DNA of 32,000 nt, from positions 18,495-50,494 of the forward strand of contig CAZNZM010000008.1 in assembly GCA_964577555.1 (NCBI GenBank), given 5' to 3'. The notes beneath the pieces are model-generated. The model saw nothing but the letters and a program-made list of their open reading frames with translations, made no database searches and had not been told where the DNA came from. A program made the position numbers and the translations under genes. Of the stretch, positions 24,900 through 31,857 are shown one piece after another. The DNA comes from an uncultured archaeon (GTDB lineage: Archaea > Iainarchaeota > Iainarchaeia > Iainarchaeales > Iainarchaeaceae). Positions within the stretch are counted from its first letter, which is position 1, and each line of letters starts with the position of its first letter.

Positions 24900-25571
24900 T
24901 CAACTTTTTGAAGAGCTCAACATTTCAATTTTTTTTCCATGCAAAAGAACCTTGTCAGCATAACCAACAAAAAGCCCGGTTTCTATAACCCCAGGAATAT
25001 TTTTTGATTCATATTCCAATTCATTATAATTCCATATATTGTCCATTTTGACATCAATTACATAATTCCCAGTCTCTGTTTTGATTGGAACACCATTTTT
25101 TTCCCGCCTTGAAGCCTTGCCATAAGAGTCAAGCTGATTCATTGTCCTTTTCCACCCAAAAGTAACAACTTCAAATGGAATAGTGCCTTTTACTTTTTCA
25201 ACAAATGACTTATCCAATGCAATTACAATCAAATTAGCCGCACTCTGGGCAATCATTTTATCCCTCACAAAAGAAGCAGTATTCCTTTTGACAAAATTAA
25301 AATTTTTATCAACTTGATCAGCAAAATCAATTGCCACATCAACCTCTCTTTCATTAATATCAACAATTTTCAAGCCAAGACTAGATGCAATTGTAGCCAT
25401 TCTCATTGAAGTAGGAATAAAATCAACATTATTTATTTTAATGTGATTGCTTTCCAAAGCAATAGCAAGTTTTTTCAAGAATTTTTCACCAAGCGGGCTT
25501 GAACCTATAGCCACCACATCTTCGTCATTTATATATTTTGCAATGAGTTGTTCAATATGTTCATCCTGCAT
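24900..25571 (-). CDS. rpiA: Ribose-5-phosphate isomerase A-like protein with divergent glycine loops
   Basis: Colinear with RpiA: ...VVAIGSS...FIPTS...VDVAIDFADQV...FVKRNTASFVRDK...PFEVV...TETGNYVIDV...IPGVIETGLF. The Asp/Asp/Lys positions are retained. However, GxGTGST reads IGSSPLG, KGGGG reads KRNTAS, and the catalytic Glu position reads Asp. Confidence 0.6.
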   Translation of the reverse strand: MQDEHIEQLIAKYINDEDVVAIGSSPLGEKFLKKLAIALESNHIKINNVDFIPTSMRMATIASSLGLKIVDINEREVDVAIDFADQVDKNFNFVKRNTASFVRDKMIAQSAANLIVIALDKSFVEKVKGTIPFEVVTFGWKRTMNQLDSYGKASRREKNGVPIKTETGNYVIDVKMDNIWNYNELEYESKNIPGVIETGLFVGYADKVLLHGKKIEMLSSSKS

Positions 25572-25847
25572 GAAACAAAAAATAACCAAAGGTATATTTA
25601 TTAATGACTAAAACAAAGGCCGTAATAAAAAAATCACCTTTGCTTTTAAACAAAGATCGCTTTTTTTTGTCAAAAAATTTTCTATTTTGGCTTTTTCCAA
25701 AATCGCGCTTTATAGATCATTTTTGCAAGTCTTAAAACAAGTCTATTTCAAAAACGAGAACTCCCAAAAGCCAAGGCTTGAAAAAATTAAAAAAATAAAA
25801 AATTAAGAATCAGTTTTAATTTCAAGAAACACAAAATAGACTAAAAA

Positions 25848-25994
25848 TCAATATCTATTGTCTTTCTTATGGTTCATATAGCAGTTTCTACAATAAACCG
25901 CTCTGCCTTCTGCCGGTTTGAAAGGGACTTGCGTCTGTTGTCCACAATCAGAGCATACAGCATCAAACATTTGCCTTGGCGCTCCAAATGCCAT
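25848..25994 (-). CDS. Small CxxC-x17-CxxC zinc-ribbon protein (48 aa)
   Basis: Below the ORF-track size cutoff. The reverse strand reads MAFGAPRQMFDAVCSDCGQQTQVPFKPAEGRAVYCRNCYMNHKKDNRY*. It has the C-x2-C-G...VPF.P...R.VYC..C pattern of the CxxC-x17-CxxC family. GGAGAGAG lies 7 nt upstream of the ATG. This replaces the implausible 62-aa ORF 25874-26062 in another frame. Confidence 0.75.
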   Translation of the reverse strand: MAFGAPRQMFDAVCSDCGQQTQVPFKPAEGRAVYCRNCYMNHKKDNRY

Positions 25995-26279
25995 TTTTTT
26001 CTCTCTCCTTTGTTCTTATTCAGGCACAATTTATTTTTAATTGCCTGACTATTGAAATGCAAGACACCAAGTTAAAATAATATCGTTTGGCTTTTTGTAT
26101 TCACAATATTTCAAACAAATAAAAATTGTGCTGAAACAAACATTAAGTTGTAAAATAACCAGTCAAAATTGAAACCAGCCAAAGTTAAAAAAATCAGCTT
26201 TTTTGCAAAGTCAATTTTTTTTTAATAAGAATCAATTTATACAATTACAAGTTTTTCATAGCAAAATTATCTACCGATT

Positions 26280-29200
26280 TTAACTACTGCTGTTTTTTGA
26301 AACAATTATTGAAGCAATTATTGTTATAACTACAATTAATACAATTGCCATTCCAATTCCAGCATATACTAACAATGGTTCATAATCTTGCTTCTTTTCT
26401 ATTTCTTTACCTTCTTTTTTTACTGTTAAAACACTTTCAATAACAACATATTCTTTATTTTTTTCAATTGGCATTATATTTAACCTTGCATTATAATCAC
26501 CTAATTCAGGCTTTTCCCAAATTTCAGAAAATTTATTAATTGTTTTTTTGTTTTTTTCAATTCCTTTTAAAGTTTTTTCAGCACTAAAAACAGTTTTTCC
26601 ATTTTTTGAAATGATTATCTCCGCAATAAAATTATTTATGTCGCTTTCATGATAAAAGTCAAACAATATTTCTGCATTATCTTCTGAAAGCCATTTCAAA
26701 TTTATAAAATTCACTTCAATTTTTGGTTGAAGCAACTTCTTCTCTTCGCGTTTTTTTACTTTTATTTCAATCGACTTTTGAGCTACTAAATTTTTATTGT
26801 CATATGCTTTTACCAGCAAATTATGTTCTCCAACAGGCAATTTTTCTAAATTGAAATCAAGTGTCTTGCCATATTTTTCTCCAAATTTTTTATCCCCCAC
26901 ATAGTATTCTATTCTTTCAATTGTTTTGTCGTCTTTAGTGTCAACTTTGATTGTTATTTTTGAATCATCATATATTTCATGGTTGTTATCAGGCAAGATT
27001 ATATCAAAATTTTTTTGAATAATTTTATCTTTGTCAGGTTTAGATTTTACAATTATTTTTATTTTTTCAGCTGTGTTTTTGGAAAATTCGTCATCAATTG
27101 CAATTGCATATAATTCATTTTCACCGGTTTTTGCAATCCATTTTATTGAAAAAGGCCTTGTTGTATCAGTTCCTAAAATTTCATTTTTGTTATAAAATTC
27201 AACGATTTTTATTTGCCCATCATTGTCTCTTGCATTTGCTTCGATTAGTATTTCAGTACCTTCAATGAAAATTTCTTCATTCAAAGGCCTTGTCAAGAAT
27301 ATTGTAGGCGGTTGATTTTCCCCTAACACATTAACAATTAATGGTTCTGAAGTGGCTTGTCTACCTCTGCTGTCAGTTAGTTTTGCTACAAATTCATGTC
27401 TTCCTTTTCTCAAGTTTTGATATGTAATAGTATCAACATTATTAGAGTATTCTGCAAATTTAGTGTTATCTTTAAATATTTCAAGTTTTGAGATGGCAGA
27501 GTTTGTTAATGTGATATTTACCTTAATGATTATATTTGCAGGTTCTCTTAATTTATCTTGATTTTGAAGTGCAAGACTGATTTTAGGCTCCAGTATTTTT
27601 TCTGCTATTATAGTTATTGGTTCTGATAAATTTATTGCTCCCTTCTCATCAATTGCCCTTGCATTGATTATGTATATGCCTTCATTGTTTGGAGTCCAAA
27701 TTATTGAATATGGGCTTGTCGTGGTTTCGCTTATTTTTATTCCATTTACATAGAATTCTACTTTTGTTATGGTTCCGTCTGGGTCGTTGGCGTTTGCTGT
27801 TATGGTTATGTTTGCTGGTGTTGTGAATGTTTGTCCGTTTGTGGGTGTTGTTATGGTTATTGTTGGGTTTTGGTTTGGTGGGTTTATTGTTATTGTTGTG
27901 GTTGTGGTTGTTGTTGCTAGTTGGTTGTCTGTTGCTTTTGCTGTTATTGTGTAGGTTCCTGGTGTGTTGATTGTGTGTGTGTGGGTGTATGGTGGTGTTG
28001 TTTTTGTTGCTATTAGTGTTGTGTTGAGGTAGAATTCTACTTTTGTTATGGTTCCGTCTGGGTCGTTGGCGTTTGCTGTTATGGTTATGTTTGCTGGTGT
28101 TGTGAATGTTTGTCCGTTTGTGGGTGTTGTTATTGATATAAATGGTGGTTGGTTGCTGTTGCATGTTGGTTTCCATGTTATTTCTGTTCCTGTTTTGCAT
28201 CTTATCCAATATGCTTCGTAGTTGTTTAGTTTGAAATCTATTTTGTTTCCTTTGAAATTTTCTGAAATGTTTTCAGTCCAGAATATGATTGGCCAACTTT
28301 TTCCATAGGCGTTAGAAATTAAGTCGCAATTTGGGTTTATTCTTGATATTTCTTTTAGTACTTGTGATGCCGTGTATTTATCTCCACAGAATGGTAATCC
28401 GATTAAATTGTGTTCTTCTGTTAGTTTTACTTTTGGAGAAGTGTTTAATGTGGTTCCAGAAAATGTTAGAGTTACATCATCAAGTGCTGTAACAATAATT
28501 CCTTCTCCTGAATTGAATTTTCTTTCGGTTTCGCCTATCCATTCATTGAATTCCTTGTTATATTCTAACGTTTTATAACCTTGTCTTTCTTTGTATTTGA
28601 TAATAACATTTGCAGAAGGTGGTGTTTGGAAGATCTCGTTAATAGTTTTGTTGTCTACATTTACTGGGAAAGAAATTGCATATTCATTATTGCTTTTATT
28701 TAGTTTGATGGTTGATTGGTTTATAATCTGGTAATCCGTTCCTTTGCAATGTCCTTGAAAACATCCTTCTCTGCAGATTGTTTCATTAGCAAAACCGATT
28801 TCATCACCAATGCACTCTTTTTTAGTATTGGAGTTTTCACATATCCAACTTCCTGCATCGATTTTTGTTTGGTCTTGTGTTAAGCAACCAGGATTAGTAT
28901 AAATTATTCTAATTGTTTCGTTAGTTGGAGAGTCTTTTATTCTCATTAAAGGATCGCCAATAATTGTGTTTACTGAATAGTAATTATTTTCCTTGTATGA
29001 TTTGAGAAATGCTTCCGCTATTGTGAGTCCTGCAGCGTAGTTTGCAAAGAATTTTCCCACATCGACTACATATGTTGTGGTTGGTTCGTATATATTTCCA
29101 AATGCTGCTGAAAAACTGTTTGAGTAATTTGTTCCACCGAATGCTATTGGAGAAATTGCATCTGCTATCAAACCTTGGTTTGTTTCCCTTTTTTGATTTG

Positions 29201-30224
29201 GGGCTCCTGTCATAGTTGCAGCATTCCAACTTTCAATGCTGTTAAACACCGCTCTGTTTGATACATTACTTCTTACTTTTGGGTTTCCTGCAATCCATAA
29301 AGAGTCGTATCCTTGATGAACTCCCCAACTTGAATATACTACAAGAGGCTTGTCGTAAGATGTTTTATTCCAACGTGTACTTACTACTAAGTCTGGGTTT
29401 ATGCCGACACTTTTCATTGGTCTTCCAAACATCTCTGGTATATAAAGTTTATCTGGCATTCCGAAATAATCTACTGGCATTCCGAAATAAACAGATGAAA
29501 GGTTTGGTGCTGGTTCTTGTGCTTTGTCAATCATTTTTTTTATGTCACCAATGTTAAAACCATTGAGGTGTGAAACTGCAAATCTGAGTTTTTCATCTTT
29601 ATAACGTTCAGGATCAAAGTGTTGAACTGTAGTATCCATTTTGTAATTTTCTGGCAAAGAACGAAGAATGTAGTCTTCCAAATTGGTTGCAGTTCTCCAA
29701 TTTCCTTCATATGCAAGTAATGTTGCTGTTGAGCCAATAATTAACTTGTAATCTGAGCCGGGAATCATGTTATTGCCCGGGTATTTATTTGCTTTATCAT
29801 AAATCGCGATTGGCAGATATTTTGCTATTGCCAAATGGGTTATTTTCATTTCCGGGTGTTGATTTACATATTGGAATATTGGTTTAGCAATGTATTCAAT
29901 GAATTTGTCTCCATTCATTGATTCTTTTTTTATTCTTTCATGTGGAGGAAATACTTCGTCTGGCACGTTAAGTCCTAATGATTTGGCGCCAGGCCTTTTT
30001 AAAACGTAATAATCACAAATTTCTTTTGATTCGCTTATATTTGAATTATATATGCATAAAACGTTTTGATTTGTAGGTATTGCTGAGTAGGCAAATGGTA
30101 AAGTAGTTATTATTAAAAGAAAAATTATCCAAATTTTGGTTTTAAGTCTGGGTTCGAAGTTGTTTTGCATTTGTATTTTTTTGGGATTAATCATTATATA
30201 TATTTTTTTTTTGGGATTAATCAT
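26280..30224 (-). CDS. Giant C-terminally anchored surface protein. In order: signal peptide, TIGR03790-like N-terminal domain, Cys-rich linker, beta-rich domain, about five Ig-like (Big_7-type) repeats, and a TM anchor.
   Basis: - Signal peptide: MQNNFEPRLKTKIWIIFLLIITTLPFAYS|A.
- N-terminal region: VLCIYNSNISESKEICDYYVLKRPG...IIGDPLMRI resembles the TIGR03790 family from memory.
- Ig repeats: the pattern P.NG..F..P..I.I.A.A.D.DG.I.KVEFY occurs repeatedly.
- Anchor: C-terminal GIGMAIVLIVVITIIASIIV.
- Start: probably ATG 30170 rather than 30224 or 30194 (see findings). Confidence 0.85.
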   Translation of the reverse strand: MINPKKKIYIMINPKKIQMQNNFEPRLKTKIWIIFLLIITTLPFAYSAIPTNQNVLCIYNSNISESKEICDYYVLKRPGAKSLGLNVPDEVFPPHERIKKESMNGDKFIEYIAKPIFQYVNQHPEMKITHLAIAKYLPIAIYDKANKYPGNNMIPGSDYKLIIGSTATLLAYEGNWRTATNLEDYILRSLPENYKMDTTVQHFDPERYKDEKLRFAVSHLNGFNIGDIKKMIDKAQEPAPNLSSVYFGMPVDYFGMPDKLYIPEMFGRPMKSVGINPDLVVSTRWNKTSYDKPLVVYSSWGVHQGYDSLWIAGNPKVRSNVSNRAVFNSIESWNAATMTGAPNQKRETNQGLIADAISPIAFGGTNYSNSFSAAFGNIYEPTTTYVVDVGKFFANYAAGLTIAEAFLKSYKENNYYSVNTIIGDPLMRIKDSPTNETIRIIYTNPGCLTQDQTKIDAGSWICENSNTKKECIGDEIGFANETICREGCFQGHCKGTDYQIINQSTIKLNKSNNEYAISFPVNVDNKTINEIFQTPPSANVIIKYKERQGYKTLEYNKEFNEWIGETERKFNSGEGIIVTALDDVTLTFSGTTLNTSPKVKLTEEHNLIGLPFCGDKYTASQVLKEISRINPNCDLISNAYGKSWPIIFWTENISENFKGNKIDFKLNNYEAYWIRCKTGTEITWKPTCNSNQPPFISITTPTNGQTFTTPANITITANANDPDGTITKVEFYLNTTLIATKTTPPYTHTHTINTPGTYTITAKATDNQLATTTTTTTITINPPNQNPTITITTPTNGQTFTTPANITITANANDPDGTITKVEFYVNGIKISETTTSPYSIIWTPNNEGIYIINARAIDEKGAINLSEPITIIAEKILEPKISLALQNQDKLREPANIIIKVNITLTNSAISKLEIFKDNTKFAEYSNNVDTITYQNLRKGRHEFVAKLTDSRGRQATSEPLIVNVLGENQPPTIFLTRPLNEEIFIEGTEILIEANARDNDGQIKIVEFYNKNEILGTDTTRPFSIKWIAKTGENELYAIAIDDEFSKNTAEKIKIIVKSKPDKDKIIQKNFDIILPDNNHEIYDDSKITIKVDTKDDKTIERIEYYVGDKKFGEKYGKTLDFNLEKLPVGEHNLLVKAYDNKNLVAQKSIEIKVKKREEKKLLQPKIEVNFINLKWLSEDNAEILFDFYHESDINNFIAEIIISKNGKTVFSAEKTLKGIEKNKKTINKFSEIWEKPELGDYNARLNIMPIEKNKEYVVIESVLTVKKEGKEIEKKQDYEPLLVYAGIGMAIVLIVVITIIASIIVSKNSSS
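27751..28133 (-). repeat. Intragenic direct repeat: two 104-bp perfectly identical copies spaced 279 bp (93 codons) apart, duplicating an Ig-like domain
   Basis: 27751-27854 and 28030-28133 are identical by direct reading (TAGAATTCTACTTTTGTTATGGTTCCGTCTGGGTCGTTGGCG...GTGGGTGTTGTTAT). Both encode TTPTNGQTFTTPANITITANANDPDGTITKVEFY. Confidence 0.9.
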
Positions 30225-30240
30225 TAATCATTATATATAT
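30176..30240 (-). repeat. Tandem ~30-bp duplication of the TATA-like box plus the ATG and first codons of the surface-protein gene
   Basis: On the minus strand, ATATATATA-ATGATTAATCCCAAAAAAA occurs twice. The ATGs are at 30224 and 30194. The upstream copy carries an extra 7-bp ATGATTA duplication. The result is MINPKK...MINPKK at the predicted N-terminus. Confidence 0.85.
30195..30203 (-). promoter_or_regulatory. Candidate TATA box for the surface-protein gene, implying a leaderless or near-leaderless mRNA starting at ATG 30170
   Basis: ATATATATA is centred about 29 nt upstream of ATG 30170, which begins a textbook signal peptide. Archaeal TATA boxes sit about 26-27 nt upstream of the transcription start. 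Confidence 0.4.
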
Positions 30241-30295
30241 TTTTCTAATCATTGTTTTTTCTTATTTTTCAGAGTTTTTTTGAAAGCTGTTTTAA

Positions 30296-30367
30296 AGCCT
30301 CTGGCGAGAATTGAACTCGCGACCCCGTCCTTACCAAGGACGTGCTCTACCACTGAGCCACAGAGGC
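30296..30367 (-). tRNA. tRNA-Thr (GGU)
   Basis: Cloverleaf: GCCTCTG-TG-GCTC-AGTGGTA-GAGC-A-CGTCC-TTGGTAA-GGACG-GGGTC-GCGAG-TTCAATT-CTCGC-CAGAGGC-T. TTTATAATTG lies about 24-33 nt upstream and is a plausible TATA box. Confidence 0.9.
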
Positions 30368-30402
30368 GTTTTTCAGAAAGTAATATAAAACAATTATAAA
30401 AT

Positions 30403-30422
30403 CCTCTTCAAAGAGGGTTTTT
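30403..30422 (+). terminator. GC-rich hairpin followed by T5 (intrinsic-terminator-like). The strand on which it functions is unclear.
   Basis: CCTCTT-CAA-AGAGGG followed by TTTTT. It lies between oligo(T) array C and the tRNA-Thr(GGU) promoter. No + strand gene lies upstream, so it may instead end the minus-strand lipoprotein transcript, where the hairpin is followed by ATTTTATAATTGTTTT. Confidence 0.3.
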
Positions 30423-30589
30423 AACTTTTGCGAGTCCCAGGTTGTGTAGAAATCATGTTTGCTTTTTGTGTAAGGCTTATTTTTTTGTCAAAAAGTTTTT
30501 TTGTTGCTTTATAAATAATTTCTACATGGTCAGAGTCGGAAAACGCGTGTATTCAAAGATTTTGATTTAGTGCAAGTATCTTATATTTT

Positions 30590-30788
30590 TTCGTAAGCTA
30601 TTTTTTATTTGATTTTTTTTGTTTTTGCGAGCCGAATTGTCGTGTTTTTTTGTTAGCCAAATTTGTTTTTCTTATTTTGTGATTTTTATTTTTTTGTTTG
30701 TTTTTTTGCGCGCCATTTTTTTAGCAAAACTTTTTTTGTCATATTTTTTTGATATTTTTTTAATTGGAATTTGTTTTTTGTAGTATTT
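30590..30788 (+). repeat. Strand-asymmetric oligo(T) array C with the same GC-words as arrays A and B
   Basis: T-run array containing GTTTTTGCGAGCCGAATTGTCG (30621-30642), GTTTTTTTGTTAGCCAAATT (30644-30663) and TTTTTTTGCGCGCCATTTTTTT (30701-30720). It directly abuts the stop codon of the lipoprotein gene. Confidence 0.8.
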
Positions 30789-31574
30789 TTACTTTTTAAT
30801 TATTTTGAGTATTACCATTCCAATTATTGGAATCGTGATAATTCCTATTGCAATAATTGATAATATTATAATTATTCCAAAGTTAATATCAAATCCTTCA
30901 AAATTTATATTTAGGGTGTTTCCAAAATCAAAGCCGGTTTCTTCTGAAATTATTTCTATGTCTGATTTTAGTTTTTGTTCTTCTTGGATAAAATCAATTA
31001 CGACGCTTTTTCCGTCTTCCGATATTTTTCCTGCATTTGTTGATATTATTTTTCCCGGCATTTTAATGGTCAAATTGATTTCCATTCCAGTCATTTTTAT
31101 CTTTTCAGGCGTTAATTCCATGTTGTTTTCTGCTTCTTTTTGCTCTTTATTATAAGCTTTTAACGTGAATTTGTATTTTTTAGGATTCGCCTTTTCATCA
31201 ACAGTGAATGAATCGCTGAAATCCACGTTTTTCCATGCCAATTTTACATAGTCTTCAACAGCTGTGCATTCCGCTTCTGACGGATCCAATTTTATTTTTC
31301 CAGGAAGAACTCCTGTCCCGCTTTCTTTGTAATCTTTATTTTGTGCTTTAATTGTTTCACATATGTTTTCTTTTTTGTATTTTTCTTCAAAATCCCCTTC
31401 CTGGTTTTCCATGTTTTTGATTGCTTCAACAAATTTTTTTATGTCTGTTGTTATTTCAACATTGCCTTTTCCATCTTTACCTATTTCGTATTTTAAATTC
31501 ATTTTTATGCAACCAGACAAAGAAAAAGTCAATAGTATTAAAATGGCGACAAATAAGACTTTTGTTTTTTGCAT
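30789..31574 (-). CDS. Lipoprotein-like surface protein with a C-terminal TM anchor
   Basis: From ATG 31574 the product begins MQKTKVLFVAILILLTFSLSGC (lipobox LSGC). A hydrophilic K/E-rich domain follows. The C-terminus is the helix FGIIIILSIIAIGIITIPIIGMVILKIIKK. The track's longer N-terminus (KYKYKYK) is probably not translated. Confidence 0.6.
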   Translation of the reverse strand: MQKTKVLFVAILILLTFSLSGCIKMNLKYEIGKDGKGNVEITTDIKKFVEAIKNMENQEGDFEEKYKKENICETIKAQNKDYKESGTGVLPGKIKLDPSEAECTAVEDYVKLAWKNVDFSDSFTVDEKANPKKYKFTLKAYNKEQKEAENNMELTPEKIKMTGMEINLTIKMPGKIISTNAGKISEDGKSVVIDFIQEEQKLKSDIEIISEETGFDFGNTLNINFEGFDINFGIIIILSIIAIGIITIPIIGMVILKIIKK

Positions 31575-31857
31575 AGATGACACAATAATTTTTTTATATT
31601 TATATTTATATTTTCTAATTTTAACTTTTGCTATATACTGAAATCCTCGTCTTTTCAGGTTTTTATAATTAAAGATAGTTTTTTTTATTATAGAGAAATA
31701 CACGAACCGTAAGTAGAGATGTTTTTCATTGCAAGTAACTTAGTACTTCAGACAGGAGTAAATTATTTTACAATAAAATAGTCAATGATTAGATAACGCA
31801 AAAAAATTCTTGAATAATTTAAAAAGAAAAAGAGTTTGTTTTTTTATCAATTTTTTA

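Noticed and set aside
25874-26062. 62-aa ORF MHFNSQAIKNK...
   Set aside because: Another frame on the same strand encodes a clean CxxC-x17-CxxC protein with an SD-like element. The 62-aa frame has no features.
27682-28209. 175-aa His/Asn/Lys-rich ORF on the minus strand, and the 61-aa + strand ORF at 27769-27954
   Set aside because: They are shadow frames created by the A/C-rich repeat inside the 1314-aa gene. The main frame has clear Ig-domain motifs.
30445-30526. 9-bp inverted repeat TGTAGAAAT ... ATTTCTACA separated by 64 nt
   Set aside because: It is short, AT-rich and does not extend beyond 9 bp. That is plausible by chance in a ~400-bp AT-rich spacer.
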